Shown in pieces: positions 18,646 to 29,504 of a stretch of 64,000 nt of DNA. This DNA comes from Chrysochromulina tobinii (taxonomy: Eukaryota): NCBI GenBank assembly GCA_001275005.1, contig JWZX01003205.1, positions 1 to 64,000 on the forward strand, written 5' to 3'. The position numbers were made by a program, and so were the translations under genes. Each line of letters opens with the position of its first letter. Position 1 is the stretch's first letter. Below the pieces are notes generated by a model. It saw nothing but the letters and a program-made list of their open reading frames with translations, had not been told where the DNA came from and ran no database searches.

Positions 18646-21600
18646 ATGAGCGACTTTGTTGGGGACGACCCCGACTTCGCGGCGCTCTCCGAAGTCTTCG
18701 CGGAGCCATCCGAGTCGGAGAGTTCGGATTTGATCGAGGAGTTTTTTGGAGGGCAGCCCCTAACACAAATCTCAGACCCGCAGCCTCCGCCGCCGCCCAC
18801 CGTCCCTGGCGCACACGACGCCGGCGACGATTACGGCGAGATCGCTGCGGATATCGCGGCAGATAACGTGGCAGCTCACGTCGCCGCCATGGCGGATAAC
18901 ATGCCGCCGCCGGCGGCGGCTGGGAGGTCGAGCAGTATGGTCGCCATGGCCGGGCCGAGCGCTCCTGAGGTTCTTCCCGAAAGGCTCTTACATCTCGTCA
19001 ACTTAATAGCCAACCGAACCATATGGACACCGCAGAAGCACGACATTGCCCTGCTGCTCATGTACAAGGACAATCCCCAGCTCGCCCGCGTGCCTCGGCG
19101 GCCAGAGGCTGATAAGTACTTGGCGATCGGCCCGTGCGTCTTCTTCGTGGATAAGAGTATGCCAGCGGACGGGAAAAAGAGGAAAATGGAATCCAGTTCA
19201 CAGGCCGGCGGATCCTCCAACGACGAGTTGTGGATCAAGGGTACGAGCACCTCTGCAGCTGGCAGCTCGCTCGACAAGAATTTGCCGCCGAATGCAGGGT
19301 GCAGTGCCTTACTTCGCAAGAGTGGCGGGTTCACCCGAGCAGCTAAGGAGCTGTATGGCCCAAGGAGTATCGGACATTATTGTTTGGGCTACACTGAAGA
19401 GCATTCCAGCTTTCTCCCTGGCTGCGTCGAGGATCGAACACGAACGCTCCTCGTTGGGCGCAGCAAGGAGAAGTTTCAACCCTGTACTACCTGGCTGGTT
19501 CACTGCATGCCGACCGAGCACGACTCGGATGACGCAGAAAGCGCCGGTGCACCAGACAAGCCAGACGCGACCTTCGGAAAGGTCAGCGTGGACGAGTTGC
19601 GAATCAAGGGCGTGGATCTTTGGGAAGAGTTCCTGGAGATGAAACGACAGTGTCAGGAGCTCGTGCAGGAGCTTAACGAGAAGGTGAAGCGCTTAGAGGA
19701 TGGAGCTTCGGGCCACACAAGCCAGCGTGCCGATCTCGCTGAATGGATGCGCAAGTTGTCGGCAGACGAAGTGATTCGCCCGGGGGACATTGGACAAGTG
19801 CGCGGCGAGCGCTTCACCAGAGAAATCACCAGTGAGCCAGGTGGTATCATCTTTGTCGTGAGCTCCGCTCCTGCATTGGCGTTCAATATGCCCGAGGCTC
19901 CCGAGGAGCGCGCGGAGGGTGTGGTGCTCGCCTTTATCGGCCGTGTCCCCGTCTTCTGTGTGGGCGACGCACCGCTCGACTCCTTTCTGGTGCCATCCGG
20001 GCTCGACGATGGTTCGGCTCGCGCAGTGTCGTGGTCGCAGGTGATGAGCAATGAACCTTCTTCTCGAACGGAGCCTCTGCCCCTCTCTGCCTCTCACACG
20101 AGTTTTCGGATGTACCCCGTCTGTGTGCCATGCGCAGCTCGAGTCAGACGAGTCGTTGCGAGACCGGTGCTTTGGAGTCGTCTGGGGACACTTGCCGCCG
20201 GACACCGACGGTCGGCCGATGGTGCTCGCCTTCGTGTGTGCCCATCCGCAACAAACCTTTGGGAGGCTGCGCAACGTGGAACAGGTTGCCCCGCTCCGAA
20301 GCGAGCTCGTGCCTGCGCCTTTGTCCGGGCGGCGTCCGCTCGAACTGCGTCCGTACCAGATGGAATGCTTGAAAGCTGGGATGGCTGAGAACACCATCGT
20401 CTGTTTGGACACCGGCTTGGGCAAGACGCCAATCGCTGTGAAGCTCGTGGATCACTTCCTTGCCGCAGCAACAGAAGCATCGGACGGCAGCAAAGTCCTC
20501 TTCATCGTACCCACCGTTGTCTTGGTGGAGCAGCAGGCGCGAGTGTGCCGACAGTACAGCGCGAACGCACGTTGCGTCACCGAGCTCTGCGGCAACCGTC
20601 TGGGTGGGTGGACACAGGCGAGCTGGGACTTGTGCATCCAGACCAGCGATGTCCTTGTCGGCACACCCGCCATCTTTGCTGATGCTATCATTACTCGTGG
20701 ATACCTCGACTTGTCGCGGTTCTCGTTGATTGTGTTTGACGAGGTGCATAATGCAACTGGCAACAGCCCGATGGCTTCGCTGATGAACGATGCCTACTGG
20801 GCTGCCAAGGACAAGGGAGTTGCGGTGCCTCACATCCTCGGTTTGACCGCTTCCTTTGTCGCCGGAGCCATCGATGACCTCGCCGGCAAGCGTCAAGCTC
20901 TCGAGACGCTGATGGACTCCCAGATCTTTGCCCCAGAGGTGCCCGTCGAGTATTGCGGCACGCCAACGTTCCACACCGTAGCGTATCTCCCTGACGCGCT
21001 CGAGAACTATCAAGAGTTGGCTAGTGACAAGGTGGACGTCCTGCTGTCAAGCTTCGAGGGCGAGCCTATTCAAGTCAAGGATCGCAAGAAGATAGTGAAT
21101 CACGCGGCACACGTGCTCGTCGAGGGCGGCATGTCTGCCTTCCTTTTCTACCTCGGAGAGTCAGTTGCGTACCAGCTGCAAGGTATTGCTCAAAACTTGG
21201 CTGAAATGTCGGACGAGAACGCTAAGGCCTGTAGGCACAAGGCGAACCATCTTTGTAAGATACTCCCCGAGCTCCGTCGAAGGCTCAAGGAGGGAGCGAG
21301 AGGCCTGCAGGAGGACGGCCAGCTCACGAGTGCACCATTCGTCTCAGCCAAGGCCCGGCGTCTCCTCGAACTCGTTGAGGACAATTTGAAACGTCATGCC
21401 AACCAGGCGCAGTACAAGGGCATCGTGTTTGTCGAGCAGGTGGCATTGAGCTTCCCGCTCGCATACCTGCTGAATCAGCACTTTGAACGTCCAGACTGCG
21501 TCGGTGCGGCGTGCGGCGTACGTGCCGACGTCATCTCCGGTGTGGGCACGATGTCAAGCTCGCAACGAAGCGCAGTGCTCGAACGATTCAAGAAGGGAGA

Positions 21601-22726
21601 GGTTCGCATCCTGGTGGCCACCGCTGCCATCGAAGAGGGCCTCGACGTCAGCGACTGCCAATTTGTGGTACGGTACTCGCATTTCAACGTCCCAAAGAGC
21701 CATATCCAGGGCACAGGACGAGCACGCCATCGGAAGGCCGAGATCTACTATTTTGAGAATTCACCTGACGCGGAGTGCTTCAAGGCGGCGGAGATGAAGC
21801 TGGTTGCCCAGGACCCCTCTCTCGCACTGTGCGAAGCTGACCGCACCCAACTTGCGCGTGAGAGCTTGCGTAGCATTGAGGGCTTCTACCCTTTCGGGCA
21901 GGGCAGCGACGGGGGCGTCGTCAACATCTACAACTGCGTGCAAATCTTTACTGAGTACTGTAGCAAAGTGATGGGCCAGGGGCTCAATTTGCGACAGTTG
22001 AAGATCGAGGTCTACCGAACGGAAAAAGTCCGGGCGTTCCCGCTCGAGGAACGCGAATACCTGGCCCTGGTTCGCTACCCTTCTCCCGACGGATACCAAG
22101 AAGTGAGCTTCGAGGATGTGGGGGCGCATTGGGGCGATCGCGCTGTGATGGACGTCTTGATGCCCGGACGAGCCTTGGAGTCCATGGCTGACAAGGAGCG
22201 CCATCGCTTCCTGTACACGGTCGTGGTCAGGATGCGTCTGGCAGGCTATCTGACCGATGCCAACCAGCCGAGCCCCAGGGCCATCGTGGACACGAAGGCG
22301 GCAGTGGCTGCCATCTCGGCGCCCGACGAGTTCAACATCCTCGACCGCTTTGCGCCCGATGCGCTCGATCAAAGGTTCGGCTCCAGCGTCTCAATCAGCG
22401 CACCCGCACTCGAGCCAGACATGGCTGAGGCAGGCATGCCGCCCCCACCCCCGACTACTGAGAACCACAAGGGGAAACTGATGGAGAAGGCAGTGAAGCT
22501 GTGGAAGACGAGCGATGGGGTGCGATTTCAGACGCAAGTGTCTGGCCAGCCCCCAACTCAAATCTTCCAGGCCACCGTCACCCTCCTACCGTTGGGTGAG
22601 GACTGCAAGTTCACGGGTGCGCAAGCCTCGACGAAAATCAAGGCCGAGCAGGCGGCGGCCGCCGCGGCAATGCCTCGCATGGATGCTGAAATCGCCTGGC
22701 CTCTAGCAACGAAGCCAGCAACCTAG
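18646..22726 (+). CDS. Two-exon fusion protein (about 1327 aa; exons 18646-20040 and 20138-22726): acidic N-terminus, putative DNA-binding domain with NLS, coiled coil, Peptidase G2-like autocleavage domain, Dicer-type DExH helicase, DUF283-like domain, dsRBD
   Basis: Phase-0 intron CAG|GTGATG...TGCGCAG|CTC (20041-20137) joins ORFs 18466 and 20051. Helicase motifs: LRPYQ, DTGLGKT, DEVH, GLTAS, VATAAIEEGLDV, IQGTGRAR. DUF283-like EYCSK..LAGYLTD. dsRBD NHKGKLME..FQATV..KIKAEQAAA. ADLAEW..PGD..VVSSAP..GRVPV..LVPSG..G.ARA. The start codon is uncertain (18499 is an alternative). Confidence 0.85.
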
Positions 22727-23098
22727 CTTTTGCTTGCCTCTACGTGTACCTTGGTTCTATAGCTACGACGTACCCTGTTGACGGGCGGACGGGCCTGAAG
22801 CTGTGTTGTGCGGTACATGTACGAGTAGATCTGAATCGGGAGTCTGACTGAACGCATGCGAGCTCATACATGCCGCCATGATGAGCTACAAGCGAGGAGT
22901 TGTGAGGGCGGGATACGGGGATGGGTCCAGGGGTGATACGGGGGGACCGGCATTCGAGTCGATGCTAGTCCGAGACGTGAAGTATGTGGAGTTCGAGTTC
23001 ATTTCACGCTCCATTCGTCAATTCTTTCGTCACGCGACCGCTTCGTCAAAAAATTCACAATCAACGTTCGTGCCGTGTCTTCGCGATCTGCGGACGGA

Positions 23099-23804
23099 AT
23101 GGCGACATGGTGAGCGGCGGCGGGCGGGCGGGCGGGCGGGCATGCACACGCATCGCGTCCGTGCATCACTAACCGATCTTCATGTCATGTGCTGAGTTGC
23201 CAACAGGGATGGAGCAGAAGACTACGCAAGCTCACCAAACTCTTGGCGCTCGGAGACCCTCGCAAAGATGGCCGTGAATAACAATGCAGTGATCATCACG
23301 GAGACGAAAGCGCCCGGCCGAATCATCGCCTGCAACGCCGCGTGGACTCAGCTCTGCGGTTATGCACCAGAAGACGCGCTCGGCAAGACGCCTCGCATGC
23401 TGCAGGGCAAGGACACCTCGGTATGCAAGGCGCGATCCTTCACACGGCAGTGCCACCAGAACAAGATCCGGAGCGAAGAGAACGGATTTGCAGCGTGGCA
23501 GGGAAGGGCGCGTACAAAACTCGTCAACTACACCAAGGACGGCCGCGAGTTTGTGCACTGTCTTCAAACGCTCCGCGTTATGGATGAGGACACGGGCGAA
23601 GAGTTCTTTCTGACGGAGTCGCACGAGGAGACTGATAACGGCATCTATGCCGCCATGATCAAAGGGCAGGAAGCGCCTTCTCGATTCCCGATTCGGGATG
23701 GCGCTCTCTACGTCCTGTTGGTCTCCGCGTGCCTCGCGCCAAGCGTACTGCCAGTCGTACAGGTCTGCCTTTCCGACCTGTCGACCTTCATGAACTGCGC
23801 ATAG
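23099..23804 (+). CDS. PAS (LOV-like, Cys-less) domain protein; intron 23110-23206
   Basis: AVIITE..RIIACNAAWTQLCGY..DALGKTPRMLQG..LVNYTKDG. Micro-exon ATGGCGACATG|gtgagc...cactaac...caacag| is in frame with ORF 23268. Confidence 0.8.
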
Positions 23805-24455
23805 TGGGCATGACGAGCCCAGCCTTGCTGCTGCGGCCCTGCTCAAACGGATGCGAAGGCCATTGACGAACGATCGGCGCCGAGCACATACCATTTCTCC
23901 TCGGGCGCGATCGCTGGCGGTGTTGATCATTTGGCAGAGAAATACGGCGTGCTCAACTGTGAAGCTGTGGGTCTCACTCTGTCTGAACTCTCTGTCAGAG
24001 ACGCGAGTTTTGAGAGCCAAGCGTGCGCGCCGGCGGACCGATCGCGGACGGATCAGGCGCCGCGCCGCTCGTCTTTCTAGACTAACAACCACACATTTGT
24101 GGCGATCGTGTAACACGTACACCCCAGTCCCATGCACAGTCCCCAGGGCGGAGCGCGAGCGGGCTACCGACGAGTACCGCTACTAGAACCACACAGTCAC
24201 AGACGAGACGCAAGACGCCCTGGGCCTGGCGACACCCCGGGATCAGGTTATGCGTGGGAGATGTCCCCCCGCCGGTCTATTGTGGAACCACCCGCCCCGA
24301 GGGGTTTTCGGTCAAATTGTGGGTTTTAATTAAGCCCCCACATCTGGATCATCTATTTCTGTCGGCAGTTGTCACAACTCACTGTAACGTTCGAGGTCTG
24401 CAACAGGGCAACGTTCCCAAGCAACCGCTCACGCACGTCCACTCGCCCGACGACA

Positions 24456-24767
24456 ATGCCATCGCAGGAGTCCTCACCTGTGTCCACACCTCGCACCCCG
24501 GCATCGACACCACGCGCGGATCGCTCGCCGCCCCTCCCTCTGCGCCAGCCACGCGCACGGCCAGGAACTCTGGAGAGCGAAGAGATTTACAATCCTGACA
24601 TGATGCGGCTCCTCCTCAGCGAAGACTGCCTGGAATCGGACGGCAAGGAAAACACGCCCCCATTCATCCTGCGTGCGGCGCGGCGCCACGAGCGCCTGAC
24701 GCCGCGGCGTCTCTCCGATGCGCTGCAGGACTCCAACCCGTCGACGCGTCAGATGCTCACCTTGTAA
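24456..24767 (+). CDS. Small hypothetical Ser/Pro/Thr-rich protein with KEN-box-like motif
   Basis: ORF from ATG at 24456 with multiple S/TP sites and KENTP. No family recognised. Confidence 0.35.
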   Translation: MPSQESSPVSTPRTPASTPRADRSPPLPLRQPRARPGTLESEEIYNPDMMRLLLSEDCLESDGKENTPPFILRAARRHERLTPRRLSDALQDSNPSTRQMLTL

Positions 24768-25001
24768 CTGAGGTTCACGCGCGCCAAGCGGTGAGGCATC
24801 CTATCGACTATGCGACTGCTTCGTGGCGTGGCATATCATGAGTGATCTGCTGAATATGTGTTTACGCGTTGATATTTCTCCCTCAAACCGCACTACTCCA
24901 CACCCGGACACACAGCCGAGCACACACCTCCAGCACACGCCCTTCACACACACACGAACGTGGCGTGGCCGTGGCATAGAGGCACGCAGCGCCGGCGGCC
25001 C

Positions 25002-25966
25002 TCAGGATTCAATCAGCTGCGTTGCAGGAGGTCGCCCCATGCTGCCGTCGGCCCCTGTGTGCATATGTCCCTGAGGCTGCTGCCTGCTCCCTGTTCCACT
25101 GTGGACGCCAAGCTTCCGACAGCGATCGTACATCACTATCGAGCCCGCGACGGCGACATTGTAGCTCGAGGCACGCACGCCATCCAGCGAGATGCAGTAC
25201 TGGCACGCGCTCACGACGCTCTTCGGCAGGCCGGCGTCCTCAGCTCCGAGTATGTACACCGCGCGCTCCGGGTGAACGAACTCGGCGAGAGGGATCCCGC
25301 CCATCTCCACGGCAACCCAGATTGTCGAGTAGGGCGCCGCCGCCGCGAAGGAGGCCCAGTCTTCGTAGCGGAGAGCAGGAATGTGCCGCCATGTCTTATA
25401 CGTATCCGCTGCCTTCTCCCAAGCATTTCGCTGGCCTATGGTGAAAATGTACGCAGCACCAAGCATAAAGGCGGAGCGTCACAGCGTGCCGACGTTCTCG
25501 ACGGACTTGGAGTTGTACACTCCAATCCCGAAGAAGCCACCAGTTGTGATTGCAGCGTCGGCTGACTGCACATCGCCAGCCGTCGCCTGTGCACCCTCTG
25601 CGAGCGACTGCCGACGACGTGCTGTAGTCACTGTCTCCATTGCTTCGTGAGTTAGAGCAGGCTGCTCAAGCATCACCTCGACACGACAGACTCCATGCTC
25701 ATCCGCGATCGGCATCGGTATGCACGAGTGTTCGCGAAGCCGCTCCCAACCCTCGAGCACCTTCGAGTAGAAGTAAGGCACCAGCCTATGCAACGGCACG
25801 TTGGCCTCCACCGAGCCCAATGCGTATAGTAGCTCAGCTCCAGAAATGGTGCTCGCCCCGGAGGCCTCAAGTCGGAGCACGCGTCGTTCCGAAGGGTCTC
25901 ACCCTTGAACATGTAGCGCAGCACCAGAATGGACTCCGCGATCGGCCCGGCTGCCATCGTCGCCAT
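25002..25966 (-). pseudogene. SpoU/TrmH-family RNA methyltransferase interrupted by an in-frame TGA (25479-25481) and an apparent frameshift near 25890
   Basis: FFGIGVYNSKSVENVGTL*RSAFMLGAAYIFTIG..HPERAVYILGAED.GL..SYNVAVAGSIVMYDR. The stop sits where Trp is expected (NxGTLWRSA). Confidence 0.7.
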
Positions 25967-26140
25967 TCGGGTGCCAGAGGCGACGAAGGTGTGAATGCAA
26001 TCAGGCCGTTATCGGCCGGAAATAAGCCCCCCCCGAGTGTGTAGATAAGGTGGTTGGGCTGTTATGTGTGGCGGCGATAATTTTGCGTGTTGCATGTTTT
26101 TCTGTTCAGATGCGAGTGGTTCTAATTCCGCTGGTCCACA

Positions 26141-26650
26141 ATGCTGCCGTCCACAGCGCGTTTTTACGCTGGCGATGCGTACGCGGCAGTTCGAGCCCAC
26201 AATTTGGTCGCTCCTGCAGCTTTGCCCATATATGATTCGTGCGACGGCGTCCTCACACCCAATCATCTGACCGTCACTGCCAACGAGAACCCGATTGTGA
26301 ACCGTGAGAAACTGGTCAGCGCAGTCTCACGGCTTTGCCAAGTCGTAAAGCCACCCAAGCGACCTGCTGTCGTGTCATCGTGCTCGCTAGACGGGCACGA
26401 AGTCCGAGTCATGCACAAACTTGGGGTCGTGCAAGGAATTGAGGGGCAACGGCACGACGATTTGGTGGCCATCTACCATCTCCAACCGAGAAAGCGAGAC
26501 GTCCTCATGACATATCGGCCCACGCCAACACCGATAGGCGCGGCGATGCCTGTGCTGGAGAGACCCGAGTACGCTCCGGCGTTGATGAAAGTGGCGAATG
26601 CCGCGGTCGTCGGGCAACTCGCCCCATCACCGCACCAACCCAACCGTTAG
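26141..26650 (+). CDS. Hypothetical ORF, possibly a 5' exon of the downstream cNMP-binding gene
   Basis: 169-aa ATG-initiated ORF with normal composition. No motif recognised. Confidence 0.3.
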   Translation: MLPSTARFYAGDAYAAVRAHNLVAPAALPIYDSCDGVLTPNHLTVTANENPIVNREKLVSAVSRLCQVVKPPKRPAVVSSCSLDGHEVRVMHKLGVVQGIEGQRHDDLVAIYHLQPRKRDVLMTYRPTPTPIGAAMPVLERPEYAPALMKVANAAVVGQLAPSPHQPNR

Positions 26651-26709
26651 TCCGCAGACCCTTCGTCCCATCGCCACGGTTTGCACTTCGCGCCCGCGCT
26701 CCTGGCGCA

Positions 26710-28104
26710 TTGGCTCATCCGCCGGCCTCGGCACGTGGCACGGCACGTGGCAGGGCGGCAAGTGGGTCGACACTTGGCACCGGCAACACTGTCGGCAGTG
26801 CTCCTGACGCTCCACCCGCGGAGTTACCCGCGGAGGCTGCGTCGTCTGCTACTACTCAAGCCGTGGCAGTCGCTTTGTCCGATGAGGTCGATGCTGCGGG
26901 TCTGTCGATACCGTCGGCGGCAGTCACGGCAGGGCCAGTCGCAGTGATGGCGACGCCCGCGCAGAGGGAGAAGCGCCGTCGGTGCCAGCTCCGAGCAAAG
27001 ATGCGCCGCCTGCTTCGTCAGGCGATCAAGTTGGCTCTGGAGGATGTGGCCCTCGGTCGCACCATTGGAAGCAAGTCGTCCAACGCCCCTCTCGTTGACT
27101 TGGCGAAATTGACGCGCGTGGCGATGGAGACGCGCCGGATTGTCGACGCACTGAAGCGTTCGGACCTATTCGCACAAGTGGACGCGCAGCACTTGAGGCT
27201 CATTGCCTCCTCAGGCACGCGCCGTACGTACAAGAGGTATGACGTCCTCTATCGTGAAGGAGCGCCTGCGCAGTGCTTCTACATGCTCACGCGCGGAACT
27301 CTCATGGAGTCGAGCATGCACACGGCGAGCGCTGCATACGGTGCCGACGAGCCGAAGCTGCTCTCGGCGCGTGAGAACTTCACCATCCGGGGTGTCGGCC
27401 AAGGTGGAAGCGGCAAGGCCGACGAGCAAGGCGGCAGCGGCAAGACCGGCGGCGCGAGCGATGCCACGGGCACGAGCGGCTATGTGCTTTTCGGACTTGA
27501 GACACTGGTGGGACGTGCGCGTGAGTCGACGCTGTTGGCGATGAGCGACGTGGATGTGATCCGGTTCAACTCCAGCAATACCATCCTGGGCGGCGACACC
27601 TTTGCTCGCAGCCTCAAGCTCGACGCGAAGGCAGCTGCCAAAGTCGCCAAGCGCATCTTCCATGCATTCGTGTTCGGCGAGCTCTCGCGCATGCAACTCT
27701 TCCACGGGGTGATAGCAAAGACCCTCCGTGCGCTAGTGCCCCTCTTCACATTCGAAGAGATCGAGGAGGGCGCCCAGATTTTCGGGCTTGGCTACGCGCC
27801 GGACAAGGTGTACATCCTGATGCATGGGTCGGTTTACCTGCGGCGGCGCGACGGCACCCGATTCGCAGCGCTCTCAGCCGAGCAGGGCCAGTCTGGGCGC
27901 GGCCTTGAGCCTCGAGAGCTCCCGACGTTTGGGGAGACGGCGATGCTCGATCGCAAGGCGCGCACGACGTCGGCGATCGCGGTGACAGCCTGCAAGCTTT
28001 TAGTGCTGCACGCGGAGCACTTTGGGGCGTGCACGGACCTCGTGCCTGATATCAAGGAACGTCTGCGTTCCCTGGGAGATATGCCGCTGAAGGGTGCGCA
28101 GTAA
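26710..28104 (+). CDS. Tandem cyclic nucleotide-binding domain protein (5' end uncertain)
   Basis: LKRSDLFAQV..YDVLYREGAPAQCFYMLTRG..FGLETL..RESTLLA. Second domain LFHGV..GAQIF..DKVYILMHGSV..FGETAML..RTTSAIAVTACKLLVL. Confidence 0.85.
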   Translation: MAHPPASARGTARGRAASGSTLGTGNTVGSAPDAPPAELPAEAASSATTQAVAVALSDEVDAAGLSIPSAAVTAGPVAVMATPAQREKRRRCQLRAKMRRLLRQAIKLALEDVALGRTIGSKSSNAPLVDLAKLTRVAMETRRIVDALKRSDLFAQVDAQHLRLIASSGTRRTYKRYDVLYREGAPAQCFYMLTRGTLMESSMHTASAAYGADEPKLLSARENFTIRGVGQGGSGKADEQGGSGKTGGASDATGTSGYVLFGLETLVGRARESTLLAMSDVDVIRFNSSNTILGGDTFARSLKLDAKAAAKVAKRIFHAFVFGELSRMQLFHGVIAKTLRALVPLFTFEEIEEGAQIFGLGYAPDKVYILMHGSVYLRRRDGTRFAALSAEQGQSGRGLEPRELPTFGETAMLDRKARTTSAIAVTACKLLVLHAEHFGACTDLVPDIKERLRSLGDMPLKGAQ

Positions 28105-28394
28105 GGTGCGCGATCAAACTTTACGCTCGTCGCGTGCGGAGCCGCGAGGCACCCGCGTGTGTGCCACATGTTCGTGTTTGCAAGCTTTGACCTTTGTGCA
28201 AGCTTTGTGCAAGCTAAGGGTGCAAGCTATGTGCAAGCTACATGTATGTGCTGCTGGGTGTTTGTGTCGAAGAGTTGTGCGTCAATTTTGCTCTACATGT
28301 AAATTTGCATGCACCCATAATTATATCTCCGACCAACTTACCTATAAATTAAAAGATTAGTTAGCGAAACGATTCTTCCATCTCACAGGCATCA

Positions 28395-29504
28395 ATGAGG
28401 ATCACCTTCGCAATGCTCGCTCGACCACCAGCAAACATCACGCAGGCACCATTCACTGCCTGCCACGCTGGCGAGATGCTTGGATGTGCCTTTGCAACGT
28501 GGGTGCCCCTGCTACCTCAGGCCTCCTCCGATGTAGCGATTCTTCTCGATTGCTCGAAACCATCGGGAGCTCAGGGCACGTTGCCAGTGTCGTACACGAC
28601 AATGGTTCCAGCTGCGATTCACTCGCGCTGTCTATGGGGTGGCGTGTGTGATCGCTACAACAACGACACACGGTACTCCCTCACGTGTGCTCGAGGCACC
28701 ATCGCGCTCCTCGACTGGCTGAACGAGGCCTTCAGCGGCACAGAATTCGTCGTCAAGGTGGACACGGACGCGCTGCTGCTTCCTGCGCAGGTCGATTCGT
28801 ACGTACGCTCGTTAGCGAGTGCAGTCGCGCTCGATCCTAAGCAGGTGGTGATTTATGCCGGCAACGCGCTGCGGACGTATGAGTACAGGCGTTGCGAGGG
28901 CGTCCGCGTCCGCGGCAGGTCATATTGCTCATCGGCGGGAAAACCATGCGGCAAGCTGGTGTGTTTGCGCAGCACCGTGCAATGGCAGCATCTGGAGGCC
29001 TCTATCAACCCGCTGCGGGTGCCCGACTTGCACGAAATGCGAGTCTCGAGGTTCTGGCGCGCGGACAGTCCCTCAGCATCGGGTCCTAAGTCTCCCCATG
29101 CAGCGCGAGCGGCCTTCATGCTTGAGTCGCTGAGCGCCGCCAATCGCTCCAAAAGCGCTGTAGGATACGGGCACGGCGGCACATATGTACTTTCGCGTGC
29201 CGCTGTCGTCGCCATGGCAAGCAAGCAGTGCGTACGCCGCGTCTCTAGCATCCAGTGCTACGGATGGTCAAGCAAGGAGCCGGGCGCGTGCGAGCACTCA
29301 CCGCAGCACGAAGATGCGGCCGTCGGGCTGTGCGCCCATCTGCTCGGCGGCGTGCACCAGCTGACCGAGCGGTGCTTTGTCCGTTATCTCAAGGAGTGGC
29401 CAATCTGCAAGGCGCGGCTCCTCGCGCTGCATCCGATAAAGAATGGAAGCGTATACTTGCGAGAGTGGCAGCACCATCGGCGCGCGGCGGGGTTTACAAA
29501 GTGA
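28395..29504 (+). CDS. Glycosyltransferase family 31-like (galactosyltransferase/Fringe-like)
   Basis: FVVKVDTD (DxD), YGHGGTYVLSRAAV, HEDAAVGLC, ALHPIK. Confidence 0.75.
   Translation: MRITFAMLARPPANITQAPFTACHAGEMLGCAFATWVPLLPQASSDVAILLDCSKPSGAQGTLPVSYTTMVPAAIHSRCLWGGVCDRYNNDTRYSLTCARGTIALLDWLNEAFSGTEFVVKVDTDALLLPAQVDSYVRSLASAVALDPKQVVIYAGNALRTYEYRRCEGVRVRGRSYCSSAGKPCGKLVCLRSTVQWQHLEASINPLRVPDLHEMRVSRFWRADSPSASGPKSPHAARAAFMLESLSAANRSKSAVGYGHGGTYVLSRAAVVAMASKQCVRRVSSIQCYGWSSKEPGACEHSPQHEDAAVGLCAHLLGGVHQLTERCFVRYLKEWPICKARLLALHPIKNGSVYLREWQHHRRAAGFTK

Noticed and set aside
20041..20388. C-terminal tail of ORF 18466-20388 as real protein
   Set aside because: It reads through a predicted intron and then runs out of frame. 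The spliced frame gives a coherent domain continuation.
20051..22726. Calling this gene Dicer
   Set aside because: The frame stops right after the dsRBD, and no PAZ or RNase III motif (ERLEFLGD-like) is visible here or downstream.
25479..25481. Selenocysteine or an alternative genetic code for the in-frame TGA
   Set aside because: The position corresponds to Trp, not Cys, and TGA ends other genes normally in this window (e.g. DDX56, p24).
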